This document shows, in pieces, positions 1 to 9,940 of a stretch of 64,000 nucleotides of DNA. This DNA is from a bacterium (GTDB taxonomy: Bacteria; Patescibacteriota; Minisyncoccia; Phycocordibacterales; Zambryskibacteraceae), in contig JAUSGI010000006.1 of the NCBI GenBank assembly GCA_030649135.1, forward strand, positions 1 to 64,000, read 5' to 3'. Made by a program: the position numbers and the translations under genes. The notes under the pieces were generated by a model, which was given only the letters and a program-made list of their open reading frames with translations, ran no database searches and was not told the DNA's origin. Numbering within the stretch: the first letter of the stretch is position 1; every line of letters begins with the position of its first letter.

Positions 1-254
1 GACGATTGGTTAAGTGTAAACAATGCGGACAGCTTTACCTTAAGGAGTTTTACGAGACGATTGATTGGATTGATGGAGAAGATCCTCAATATCTGACGTA
101 TATTCCGGTGGAAAATCAACAAGAGGCAGAGGTAATCAATAAAGTCGGGCTGTGGGAGTTTCAAACATTTTCTCCTCGTATGAACAGGGACTATCCAAAG
201 GGTAAGCCGAAAAAAATATACTGGATCGGCAGAATTCGATTCGAGACAGCCTGA
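1..254 (+). CDS. Hypothetical protein, 5'-partial; the reading frame runs in from the window edge (listed ORF begins at TTG, position 6)
   Basis: ORF MVKCKQCGQLYLKEF...; frame is open to position 1; no recognisable domain. Confidence 0.3.
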   Translation, partial: RLVKCKQCGQLYLKEFYETIDWIDGEDPQYLTYIPVENQQEAEVINKVGLWEFQTFSPRMNRDYPKGKPKKIYWIGRIRFETA

Positions 255-590
255 TTAGGCAATTGTGACTCGGCATAATTTGCTTAATCTTTTGAAAGTT
301 AAGCAAATCGTCCCACGCTCTCAAATTTGGTCTTACGGCTCGTCAGTGTCGCAATTGGTGCAAAGCTCTTACTCTCGGTACAAAGCTCGCCACAAAGGCA
401 ACCAAGTGGCGAATTCGGGTAACACAAAACCGCCTTTCGGGCGGTCTTGGTTTAAATCGTGGCAACCGGCAATAAAGGCTTCCGTCCCCTCTTACTTGGT
501 TCAAACTTCAGAGGGCCTAATACCATTTGAAACTTAAGCCCCTCATTCGTGTATGTTGCTACAAAAACCCGCTTGCCAGTAGGCGTAACC

Positions 591-1478
591 TTACCGGGTA
601 AGATATTTGATAATATTTTTTTTATGTCCATCAAATGTCTTGGCATAATGCATGGTACCCTCTTTGTCTGTCAAGAAATATAGATATGGTGTCGAGGTTG
701 GATGGAGCGCTGCTTCAATCGAAACTAACCCAGGATTATTGATTGGACTTTCTGGCAGTCCCACAAATTCGTAAGTGCCTGTTTCCGAATCAACCTGGAG
801 CGGCATACTGAGCTTGAGCCGTTTCCATAAAATATCCGAAGCAATTTCTCTCTCTTCTTTGGTCTTAGCTTCCGCTTCGAGAAGGGAGGCCATAATAATA
901 ACTTCGCCGAGTGTCCGGCCGGAAGATGCTATGCCTGACGTACTTGAGACAATTTTGCGGATAAAGTTATCGTTGAGCAGCTTGATGGTAGAAGAAGCGG
1001 TGGCAGTCACCGGCATAAAATAAGTATCCGGGAAGAGATATCCCTCCGGCGCTAGAGCCAGAAAATCGGCATGGTCAAAAAATGAAAATCTTTCGTCAAA
1101 AAGCTCAGAGATTTTCTCCACCGTGAAGCCCTCGGGAATAGTCAATTTAACCGTCTCGATATCATAATCTCCATGGAACACACGCCAAGCAATAACGAGG
1201 GTGTTTTGCGGATGAGACATGAAATACTGACCGGCTTTCATCTCTCGCTCTCCCCCGAGCATAATGGCAACCATACGAAACCAGAAGGGTGAACGTATGA
1301 CTCGGTCTTCTCGCAATCTTTCTGCCAGAGTATATAGTCCGACTCCTTCCGGAATAGTGACAATGGAACCGGACGGAAAAGAAAAAGGAGGAACAACCAA
1401 CCATAAATACCACGCAAAGATTATCCCTATAATAAAAAGGTGGACCCTCTTGTCCCTTAAAATAGGTTTATCCATCAT
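591..1478 (-). CDS. mltG: Endolytic murein transglycosylase MltG (YceG-like)
   Basis: N-terminal TM anchor followed by a YceG-like domain (…EGYLFPDTYF…, …LLEAEA… motifs); start chosen at MMDKPIL so that it abuts the upstream gene. Confidence 0.7.
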   Translation of the reverse strand: MMDKPILRDKRVHLFIIGIIFAWYLWLVVPPFSFPSGSIVTIPEGVGLYTLAERLREDRVIRSPFWFRMVAIMLGGEREMKAGQYFMSHPQNTLVIAWRVFHGDYDIETVKLTIPEGFTVEKISELFDERFSFFDHADFLALAPEGYLFPDTYFMPVTATASSTIKLLNDNFIRKIVSSTSGIASSGRTLGEVIIMASLLEAEAKTKEEREIASDILWKRLKLSMPLQVDSETGTYEFVGLPESPINNPGLVSIEAALHPTSTPYLYFLTDKEGTMHYAKTFDGHKKNIIKYLTR

Positions 1479-1479
1479 G

Positions 1480-2739
1480 CTACATCGGCAAATTTGACGG
1501 AGCATCCACTTTCTTCGAAGACACGCGTGTCAGGGTCGGGGTAGTCACGGTTGTGCCCGGGAAGTGAAAGAGGGTGGCTAGCTCTTCTGTGGTCAGAACA
1601 TATGGTTTGCCGAAAACATGCTTAAACGGAACATTGAAGACGGAGCGTCTCTTATATGCTTCAAGTAGTGTCCTTTGATTATATTCCTTGTTAATATTAA
1701 GAAAATCCTCCCAAGGATACTGAATACCGGGAATAAATTTATGCGGCCGGAGGGTGTTCAAAAGAGTTCTCGAACCGAACTGACGCATGGCGCCGACAAT
1801 GCCAACGGTTCTGCTAACAGATACTTCTTTGGGTGCTATGTACACCATCCTCCACATCGCATCGAAAGCAAGTTTGGCGGCATTCCTTTCGATGGCCTGT
1901 ATAGTTTCCCCCTGAGTCTTGGTAAGGTCGAGAAGCGTCCTCGGTTTGATTGCCCCCAACTTATCTTTCTCCGGCGTACCGAAAGACTCTTTTTCTATCA
2001 TTGTATTTATTTCTTTCTTGATACCTTCCCTCCAATCGGGCTTGCTAAACAGGCGCACATCTTGGAATCCTTCCTTGCGATGCCCTTGAAGCAAAATTTG
2101 AATCCATTGATTCTCTCCCGGTTTAAGAGTCCCGAGATATTCAAGAACAGGCGCGAGCGGGTCCACTATTTCCTCTTGTTCCTTATTGCCTTTATCGAGT
2201 TCAAAATCTATATAAGTCTTAATGGGGTAAGCATCCGGTTTATGCAGCCGAGTGGTAACACCTGACAAATTCATTGTTGTGGGGTCAAAGACAACTTTTA
2301 AAGCATAGTCTTCCACCTCCACCACTTCAGCACCCGGATAGTGAGCATAAATTCTTGATTCTATAATACTTTTCCACTTGGGAAATGCCCAGATAAAAAA
2401 TTTCACTTGACCACCTAGTGACACTATTTCAAGAGAAAAGACATCTCTCACTTCTCCCTCCAAATACGCACCCGTAAGCGAGCCTAGGACGTCTTCCCAA
2501 ATACCCTCGAGGACCATCTCCATGGCGGCCGGCGATTTCTCCGTATTTTTCGGAATTTTTATTTCCAGAAGAATACTCCCTGTTTTTTTCAACCACTCCC
2601 GTCTCTTGTAAGAAAACCAGGTGCGTAAGAGCAGACTGACCAGAGCAAAAGGCAACCAAACGGGCCAAGTGACAAATACAACCTGCCAAACCTTCTGATA
2701 AAAGTCGACTTGAAAAAGAGAGAGAAATTCTGCAATCAT
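1480..2739 (-). CDS. Hypothetical membrane-anchored protein (419 aa)
   Basis: Long ORF with two N-terminal hydrophobic helices; no P-loop or known catalytic motif recognised. Confidence 0.5.
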   Translation of the reverse strand: MIAEFLSLFQVDFYQKVWQVVFVTWPVWLPFALVSLLLRTWFSYKRREWLKKTGSILLEIKIPKNTEKSPAAMEMVLEGIWEDVLGSLTGAYLEGEVRDVFSLEIVSLGGQVKFFIWAFPKWKSIIESRIYAHYPGAEVVEVEDYALKVVFDPTTMNLSGVTTRLHKPDAYPIKTYIDFELDKGNKEQEEIVDPLAPVLEYLGTLKPGENQWIQILLQGHRKEGFQDVRLFSKPDWREGIKKEINTMIEKESFGTPEKDKLGAIKPRTLLDLTKTQGETIQAIERNAAKLAFDAMWRMVYIAPKEVSVSRTVGIVGAMRQFGSRTLLNTLRPHKFIPGIQYPWEDFLNINKEYNQRTLLEAYKRRSVFNVPFKHVFGKPYVLTTEELATLFHFPGTTVTTPTLTRVSSKKVDAPSNLPM

Positions 2740-2751
2740 TACCCCTATATT

Positions 2752-3810
2752 CTACACATTATGGTAGCGATTGTCTCGGTCTTTTTTGAAATACTTTGGG
2801 TTCTGAAGATTGACCAGGATGGTATTCTCTTTGACATAACGTTCCTTGAGAGCTTTTTCGATAATTTTATCCTTAAGCAGAGGCCCCTCTTTTTCCAAAA
2901 TTTTCCTAATGACATCTTTCACCACACCCGACATATAACCCCATTCCGATAGAGCGTAGAGTCCCCGGCCTACCAAAACAAATCGTGGGTCTTTAATCAG
3001 CTCGTTGTGAGTGGTTGCCACGTGCGCTTTCTTATTAAAATATTGGGTGATGGCTTTAGCCACATCTTTGAAGTGAATCGGGGAACCGTGCTTTCTGATA
3101 ACGAGGAAAGCAAAATCACGCATGCCCTTGGCATTGACATTGGAAGAAGATGAGCGACCCCATTCGCCCAAAGGATTTTTACCAATCTTATGAGAAATGG
3201 AAAGCCAACGCTTGATTACCTCGTCATTTTTATACTTCTCGTTCAAATCTTTAACCTCTTCGAGGAAAGAACCAATGAGGTCACTTTCAACCACCAACTC
3301 GTCATCGGAGAGCTTGGAATACAGTTTGCGAAGAGCGGTCTTGATTTTGTCCGACAATATCGCGTCCACGTGCCAGCGGTGCTTGAATTCTTCGTCCTCC
3401 TTCTCGCGTGTAAACTCTTCCCCAATGACCAACAGAAAGTGAAAATGGTTTTGAGTATTCAAATCTTCGCTCAAATGCTTTAAAAGGTCTTTTTCGGAAA
3501 CCAGACCACCTAGGCCGAGGATAAGTTCTTTCAGTTCGGTAAAAATTGGTTCAGAATCTTTGTATACTTTCGATTTGCGAATAGTGGCAAGCGAATGATT
3601 CTCAATCTGGCGCACACGTTCGCGGGTAATGTTATATTTCTTGCCGATAGCATCGAGGGTAAGCTTGGTGGCTTTGGTTCCCAGTCCATATCGGCTGACA
3701 AGCACATCCTGACTGCGCTTAGTGAGACTCGACAAAAGGCGCTTGGTGACGTCCTTGGATTTGAAGCTTAAAGTAATCTTTTCATTCATGATTAACTCTA
3801 TTTGTATCAC
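2752..3810 (-). CDS. Sigma-70 region-4-like HTH domain protein with C-terminal domain of unknown function
   Basis: N-terminal ...YNITRERVRQIENHSLATIRK... matches the sigma-70 region 4 HTH signature; rest uncharacterised. Confidence 0.5.
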   Translation of the reverse strand: MIQIELIMNEKITLSFKSKDVTKRLLSSLTKRSQDVLVSRYGLGTKATKLTLDAIGKKYNITRERVRQIENHSLATIRKSKVYKDSEPIFTELKELILGLGGLVSEKDLLKHLSEDLNTQNHFHFLLVIGEEFTREKEDEEFKHRWHVDAILSDKIKTALRKLYSKLSDDELVVESDLIGSFLEEVKDLNEKYKNDEVIKRWLSISHKIGKNPLGEWGRSSSSNVNAKGMRDFAFLVIRKHGSPIHFKDVAKAITQYFNKKAHVATTHNELIKDPRFVLVGRGLYALSEWGYMSGVVKDVIRKILEKEGPLLKDKIIEKALKERYVKENTILVNLQNPKYFKKDRDNRYHNV

Positions 3811-3825
3811 CTATACAAATATATG

Positions 3826-5997
3826 TCAAGTAACGATGCTAATAATCTTTCTGGGGACGACAATTACCCTTTTCGGTTCTTTCCCGCCGAGCCATTTTTT
3901 AACTTCTGACATCGCCAGCACGGCCGTTTTAATCTCATCTTCACTCTGCCCACGGGAAACAGTGAGACTTGCCCTGACTTTACCATCGATTTGTATAGCC
4001 AGAGTGATTTCATCTTTTTCAATCTTCTGCGGGTCATAGACTGGCCATTTTTGCAGATGAATAGAGTCTTTATGTCCAAGTATTTCCCACAGTTCTTCTG
4101 TAATATGCGGAGCAAAGGGCGCCAGGAGAATAAGTAAAGTTTCAAATTCTTTTTGAGACACCTTCTCCTGTTTATCTAAAGTGTTGGTGAAAATCATCAG
4201 AGTCGAGACGGCAGTATTGAATCCCATTGATTCAATATCTAAAGAAACTTTTTTAATCGTCTGATGTACCAAGGCAAGGCCTTGGTAATCCGTATCTTCC
4301 AAGGCCTTGCCTTGGTAAATCTTGTCTTTCAGTTTCCAAACTCTCTCCAGAAACCGGCGCGGACCAACCAGCGACTCTTCGTTCCAGGCGATAGCTTGTT
4401 CAAATGGACCCATAAACATCTCGTAGAGCCTAAGAGTATCAGCGCCGAAGCGTTCTACTATGGCATCCGGATTAACCACGTTACCCTTGGATTTACTCAT
4501 CTTTTCCCCGCCTTCAGCGAGGATGAGGCCATGGGACGTTCGTTTCTTATAGGGCTCGCTCGTAGGAACCAGTTTCAAATCATAAAGAAATTTATTCCAA
4601 AAACGTGAATATAGAAGGTGGAGCACCGTGTGTTCCATGCCCCCGTTATACCAATCCACCGGCATCCAATATTTCAAATTATCCATAGATGCAAATTCTT
4701 TGTCATTTTCATGGTCACAATAACGTAAGAAATACCATGAGGAACCCGCCCAGTTTGGCATGGTATCGGTCTCGCGCTTGGCCTTCCCTCCACACTTTGG
4801 ACACGTCGTATTCGCCCACTCTTCTATTGCAGCTAGGGGCGATTCCCCAGTATCGGTAGGCTGATAATTCTTGACTTCCGGCAGAAGGACCGGTAAATCT
4901 TTTTCCGGCACCGGTACTACGCCGCACTTATCGCAGTGAACTATTGGTATCGGCTCCCCCCAGTAACGCTGTCTCGAGAATACCCAATCACGAAGTTTGT
5001 ATTTTATTACCTTCTTGCCATAGTCTTCAAAACCAGCAGGAGTGTAGTTCTCTACAATTGGCAGACTAAATTTCTTAGCAAACTCCATATCCCTCTCATC
5101 GTGGGCCGGCACAGCCATAATGGCACCGGTACCGTAGTCTGACATCACATATTCTGCTTCCCAGACGGGAATTTTTTCTTTGGTAGCCGGATTGGTAACA
5201 TACCGACCGGTAAATCGGTCTTCCTTCCCAGAAATTACAATAAACGTAGCCCCGAAAATTGTGTCAGGCCTCGTGGTAAAGATTTCTATGTCATCAAATT
5301 TAATCAACGCACCCTCGCTTTTACCAATCCAATTCCTTTGTTGAGTCTTCACTCTCTCCGGATAGTCCACCGTGTCCAGGTCATCAAGTAGTCGGTCGGC
5401 GTACTTGGTAATGGCAAGCATCCACTGCTCTTTTTCCTTCTGTTCTACCGGCGTACCGCAACGTTCGCAGGCACCATCTACCACCTCCTCATTTGCTAAA
5501 CCAATCTTATCTTTCGGGCACCAGTTGATAGCCATCTTGGCCTTATACGCGAGACCTTTCTCGAGAAATTTTAAAAATAACCATTGCGTCCATTTATAAT
5601 ATTTTGGGTCGGTCGTATTAATTTCCCGCGACCAGTCGAAAGAGATTCCCAGCGATTGAATCTGCCGTCGGAAAGTGTCGGAGTTTTCCTTGGTCACTAT
5701 CCGTGGGTCTTTGCCAGTTTTTATCGCGTAATTCTCCGTCGGCAAACCGAAAGCATCCCAACCAATAGGATAAAGTACATTAAACCCTTCCATTCGCTTT
5801 TTACGAGCAATGATATCAATGCCTATGTATGGTCGAGGATGCCCAACATGCAAACCATCTCCGGACGGATAAGGAAATTCTATCAATGCATAATACTTCG
5901 GCTTCTTGGAAGAATCTAACGCTCGATAAATAAGAGATTTTTCCCACTCCTTCTGCCACTTCCCTTCAATCTCTTTAGGATTATATTCCTTAGCCAT
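3826..5997 (-). CDS. leuS: Leucyl-tRNA synthetase (short, 723 aa; CP1 editing domain abridged)
   Basis: HVGH and KMSKS class I motifs, CxxC zinc knuckle, TTRPDT and VPAHDERD editing-domain flank motifs present with only ~20 aa between them. Confidence 0.9.
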   Translation of the reverse strand: MAKEYNPKEIEGKWQKEWEKSLIYRALDSSKKPKYYALIEFPYPSGDGLHVGHPRPYIGIDIIARKKRMEGFNVLYPIGWDAFGLPTENYAIKTGKDPRIVTKENSDTFRRQIQSLGISFDWSREINTTDPKYYKWTQWLFLKFLEKGLAYKAKMAINWCPKDKIGLANEEVVDGACERCGTPVEQKEKEQWMLAITKYADRLLDDLDTVDYPERVKTQQRNWIGKSEGALIKFDDIEIFTTRPDTIFGATFIVISGKEDRFTGRYVTNPATKEKIPVWEAEYVMSDYGTGAIMAVPAHDERDMEFAKKFSLPIVENYTPAGFEDYGKKVIKYKLRDWVFSRQRYWGEPIPIVHCDKCGVVPVPEKDLPVLLPEVKNYQPTDTGESPLAAIEEWANTTCPKCGGKAKRETDTMPNWAGSSWYFLRYCDHENDKEFASMDNLKYWMPVDWYNGGMEHTVLHLLYSRFWNKFLYDLKLVPTSEPYKKRTSHGLILAEGGEKMSKSKGNVVNPDAIVERFGADTLRLYEMFMGPFEQAIAWNEESLVGPRRFLERVWKLKDKIYQGKALEDTDYQGLALVHQTIKKVSLDIESMGFNTAVSTLMIFTNTLDKQEKVSQKEFETLLILLAPFAPHITEELWEILGHKDSIHLQKWPVYDPQKIEKDEITLAIQIDGKVRASLTVSRGQSEDEIKTAVLAMSEVKKWLGGKEPKRVIVVPRKIISIVT

Positions 5998-6022
5998 AAT
6001 GGCTAGTATAGCAAAAACTTTA

Positions 6023-6946
6023 TTATCTCGGTCTTACCGGATAGAGGTCGGGGTCGATGGTGCGTTCGAAACATTGTCGTCCGGTTTCGTGTTGCCAGCT
6101 TTCTCCGGTTTTACTTATTGGTTCTGGATAAGCTATTCGAGTCACAGAACCATTTGCTGTTTGCGCTAGTTTGTTGAAATCGGCACATAGATTAAACGAA
6201 AGGTTTCCGGTTTTTGCATATTCGTACGACGCTTTAGTTTGGGGGTCTACAGGAACCGTGAAGCCGGAAATTGGATCTTGGAGTTGTTCGATAGTGGTGG
6301 GTAGCGTTCCTTTCTGTTGCCAGTGATTGACGATCTGCCATTGAATACTTTGTAAATCTGAAACCTTTTGTGAGTCGTAACGAAGTGCACGCTGGCTCTG
6401 CGGTGTTCCAAGCACGCTAAATCCTGCCACAATCGAACCAAGTACCAAAACTGCCGCAACCACTCTCCAGATATTTCTGCGTGTACCGGTCAGTCGGTCC
6501 TTGAGGTCATCCATGTAGTAACCAAAGATGCAACCAGTAACTACCAGTACCGAAAGAATTTTAAGGAGAAAAGCGGTGGTCAATTCCTGCCCGTCCAAAA
6601 AATAATAGATAAGGGTAACGAGATCACCAGCGAGTACCCCTCCGGCAATAAAAAGCGTTATGTAAATGAGCCACTTACGGATAGGATAGTCCTTGCGGGC
6701 GGGTTCTTCCATATATCCTTTGCGAAGCACGTTAGCAAGGAAAAGAAAGAGTGGAAAAACTACCACAAGAGTTGCCACCGGTAAACTGATAGAACTTGAA
6801 CTGTAGTAGTTATATTGAGTAATCTGCGGAAAAGCGACATTTATAACATTGAATAAAATGTTCAAAAGTGCCACCGTGCCGGTGTATAAAAGAGCAATAA
6901 CAGCAATGTGCAGGAAGAAATCCTTGGCAGTTATTTTGGTGTTCAT
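6023..6946 (-). CDS. Hypothetical polytopic membrane protein
   Basis: Multiple hydrophobic helices in N-terminal half, soluble C-terminal region. Confidence 0.5.
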   Translation of the reverse strand: MNTKITAKDFFLHIAVIALLYTGTVALLNILFNVINVAFPQITQYNYYSSSSISLPVATLVVVFPLFLFLANVLRKGYMEEPARKDYPIRKWLIYITLFIAGGVLAGDLVTLIYYFLDGQELTTAFLLKILSVLVVTGCIFGYYMDDLKDRLTGTRRNIWRVVAAVLVLGSIVAGFSVLGTPQSQRALRYDSQKVSDLQSIQWQIVNHWQQKGTLPTTIEQLQDPISGFTVPVDPQTKASYEYAKTGNLSFNLCADFNKLAQTANGSVTRIAYPEPISKTGESWQHETGRQCFERTIDPDLYPVRPR

Positions 6947-6954
6947 GGCTTTAA

Positions 6955-7812
6955 CTATATCAAGAACTCTACAACATCTCCATCCTGTACTACATACTCC
7001 TTGCCTTCGGTACGCAACCAGCCTTTTTCTCGAGCGGCGGCCACCGCACTTTGCGGGGTCCCGCCAGAGGCGGTGACATAAGAACCGGCTTCCATGAGTT
7101 TATCGTAATGAATCACTTCTGCGCGGATAAATTTTTCTTGAAAGTCGGTATGGATTGACTTGCCCGCCTCCGGCGCCTTGGCGCCACGCCTGGTAGTCCA
7201 AGCCCTTGATTCATCTTCCCCTGTGGTGAAAAAAGTAATCAGGTCGAGCAATTTATAAGCTTCGACTATCAATTGGTCTAGTCCTGTGCCAAAAATTGGG
7301 TCAACTTCAAGATACGGCCCAGGAATTTTACTTTTAAACTCCTTAGAGATCTGACCAGACACTTCAGAAATATTTAAGACATAGAGAGTCGGTTTTTTAA
7401 TGCCCGCGGCTTCGAGTTCCAGATTAATAATTTCGATATCGAATAACGGGTCAACCTTTTCATGAACATGAATAATGTCGGGATCTTCAAAAGTCCGCAC
7501 CATTTCAATAATGGCATCCACTTCACGGATATTGGAAAGAAATTTATTGCCGAGCCCCTCCCCCTCTGAAGCACCCTTAACTAGTCCGGCAATATCAACA
7601 AACTCCACCACTGCCGGAATAGTTTTCTTCGATTTACTTAGAATAGAGAGTCTCTCCAGCCGTTCGTCCGGCACGGGAACAATACCAACCGAGGGGTCAA
7701 TGGTACAAAAGGGATAGTTTTCCGCCGGCACGCTTTTCTTCGTCAGCGCATTAAAGAGCGTGGACTTCCCCACATTTGGCAAACCCACAATTCCGACCAA
7801 TAATTTGCTCAT
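6955..7812 (-). CDS. ychF: Ribosome-binding ATPase YchF (short form)
   Basis: [19 protein letters not shown]-loop, OBG-type G domain and a TGS-like C-terminus. Confidence 0.85.
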   Translation of the reverse strand: MSKLLVGIVGLPNVGKSTLFNALTKKSVPAENYPFCTIDPSVGIVPVPDERLERLSILSKSKKTIPAVVEFVDIAGLVKGASEGEGLGNKFLSNIREVDAIIEMVRTFEDPDIIHVHEKVDPLFDIEIINLELEAAGIKKPTLYVLNISEVSGQISKEFKSKIPGPYLEVDPIFGTGLDQLIVEAYKLLDLITFFTTGEDESRAWTTRRGAKAPEAGKSIHTDFQEKFIRAEVIHYDKLMEAGSYVTASGGTPQSAVAAAREKGWLRTEGKEYVVQDGDVVEFLI

Positions 7813-8094
7813 AGAAATTAAAGAATATCACAAATTGCGTTAGATTAATATTTGTGGTAATATGTTTTCATCATGATTCCAATCATGTCACAACTGAATA
7901 GAATCCAAACCCCTCGAATTTTTGGGGGCGTCTTTGGCGCATCCTCTGTATCAGAGTGGCATGTTGTTGTAAATATTTGATTATTTCCACATAAATCGAG
8001 TCTTTGAAACAGCGTGCCACAAGGCACGCTGTTTCGTTCTTTATGTTCTTTCACATTCACACTAAATCCTAACCCCCAAACACAGGAGGAAGTG

Positions 8095-9888
8095 ATGGAA
8101 ACTCACAACGACGAGAAACGTAACTCGCTATTGTACCTCTTCAGCAAAACCTGGCGGTACTCCGAAGGTAACCGAAACAAGGTGGTCTGGTACTGGATCA
8201 TGTTCATAGTGGCCAACTCTATCCACATGTTCGCGAGTCCCCTGATTATGGCCAAGGTCATAAACATCATTCAGAAAGAAGGGGTCACGACGAAGAACTT
8301 CAAAGTTCTTTTGGGACTCTTGATGCTTACTCTCCTCATCACCCTAGTTTTTTGGTCGCTTCATGGTCCAGCGCGCTGTATCGAGAGAGGTAATGCCTTC
8401 CATGCCCGCCTGAACTACTGGCGATTTCTCTTAAGGGGCGTGATGACCCTCCCCATGGAATGGCACGCGGGTCATCATTCGGGCGACACGATCGACAAGA
8501 GTCAGAAAGGGACTAGTTCCCTCTTCACCTTCGCGGAAGACTCGTTCATGGTGATCTGGGGAACTGTCCAGCTCACAGCAAGTCTCATGATGCTCTTCGT
8601 CTTCGGCAATGTATCGGTCGTACTAATCGTCCTCATGATGATCTTCATTTCGATCTGGATCACAGTACACTTCGACCGACAGTTGCTCCCGCAATACACA
8701 GCGCTCAACAGAATGGAGAATGAGATCTCGGCAAGTGTCTTTGACGCGATCTCAAACATTGCTACCGTCATCACCTTGCGCGTCGAGAAACTGGTCTTCT
8801 CTGCCATCATGCACAAGATGGAGAAGCCATTTGAACTCTTCAAGTACAATCAGCGACTAAGTGAGTTCAAGTGGTTCCTGAACGGCGTATGTGTCACTAT
8901 CATGACCATCCTGGTCCTTGTCGTGTACTTCTGGCAGAACATCGACACAGCTCAAGGCGTGTTGGTGGGAAGTGTCTATATCCTCATCAACTACCTCGAA
9001 AAAATCAGTGAGTTGTTCTACACCTTCACTAGGATGTACGGCGACATCGTCAGACAGAAGTCCCGAGTGATAAACTCCGAGGAACTCGCGCGAGACTTCA
9101 AGACCGAAAACTTCACAAACCATGTGTTGCCAGAAAGTTGGCAACGCTTGGAGATAGGAGGTCTAAACTTCTCGTATCACAACGACAACGATGGTGCCCT
9201 ACACTTAGAGAACATATCAGCTTCGTTCGAACGTGGTAAGCGGTATGCCATAGTTGGAGCAAGCGGGGGCGGTAAATCAACCCTTCTTAAGATCATGAGA
9301 GACCTTTACCATCCTCGTAGTGGCATACTCCGAGTAGATGGCGAGAGAGTTCACGATGGCTTTGCGGGAATCAGTCGAGCTATCGCCCTCGTACCACAGA
9401 ACCCGGAGATCTTTGCCACCACCATATGGGAGAACATCACCCTAGGGACAGAGTATGATCTGGAGTTCGTCAAACACTTCACCGACATGGCTTGCTTTAC
9501 TGATGTGGTTGAAGGACTTCCGAAAAAGTTCGAATCCTCAATCAAGGAGAAAGGGGTGAATCTCTCAGGTGGCCAGCAACAACGCCTGGCACTAGCTCGA
9601 GGACTTTTGGCTTGTCATGACAAAGATGTGGTACTTCTCGATGAACCTACGTCGAGCCTAGATACAGCCACAGAGATGAGAGTCTATCGGAATATCTTCC
9701 GAGAGTTTCGCGACAAGACTATCGTCTCCTCTGTTCACCGACTGCATTTACTCCCACTCTTCCATGAGATCTACATATTCAGCGGCGGGAGAATCATAGC
9801 TTCAGGAACTCTCGAGAACTTACTCACAGACTGTCCCGAGTTCCAGGAGCTGTGGCAGGAGTATCACGAGCACAGAGAGGAGGTGTGA
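8095..9888 (+). CDS. ABC transporter, fused permease/ATP-binding protein (type I exporter)
   Basis: Six predicted TM helices, then Walker A GASGGGKST, signature LSGGQQQR and Walker B VVLLDEPTS; AGGAGG SD 8 nt upstream of the ATG at 8095; GC content somewhat above the local background. Confidence 0.85.
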   Translation: METHNDEKRNSLLYLFSKTWRYSEGNRNKVVWYWIMFIVANSIHMFASPLIMAKVINIIQKEGVTTKNFKVLLGLLMLTLLITLVFWSLHGPARCIERGNAFHARLNYWRFLLRGVMTLPMEWHAGHHSGDTIDKSQKGTSSLFTFAEDSFMVIWGTVQLTASLMMLFVFGNVSVVLIVLMMIFISIWITVHFDRQLLPQYTALNRMENEISASVFDAISNIATVITLRVEKLVFSAIMHKMEKPFELFKYNQRLSEFKWFLNGVCVTIMTILVLVVYFWQNIDTAQGVLVGSVYILINYLEKISELFYTFTRMYGDIVRQKSRVINSEELARDFKTENFTNHVLPESWQRLEIGGLNFSYHNDNDGALHLENISASFERGKRYAIVGASGGGKSTLLKIMRDLYHPRSGILRVDGERVHDGFAGISRAIALVPQNPEIFATTIWENITLGTEYDLEFVKHFTDMACFTDVVEGLPKKFESSIKEKGVNLSGGQQQRLALARGLLACHDKDVVLLDEPTSSLDTATEMRVYRNIFREFRDKTIVSSVHRLHLLPLFHEIYIFSGGRIIASGTLENLLTDCPEFQELWQEYHEHREEV

Positions 9889-9902
9889 ATGGTCAAATAC
9901 AA

Positions 9903-9940
9903 CCGCCTAGTAGCGAAAGCACTAGGCGGTCTTTGTTTTA
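9903..9940 (+). terminator. Rho-independent terminator shared by the convergent ABC exporter gene and the purM-like gene
   Basis: ccgcctagt...actaggcgg hairpin followed by tctttgtttta. Confidence 0.55.

Noticed and set aside
8014-8094. Upstream extension of the ABC transporter ORF (MPQGTLFRSL...)
   Set aside because: An AGGAGG Shine-Dalgarno sequence precedes the internal ATG at 8095; the extension lacks one and overlaps the promoter region.
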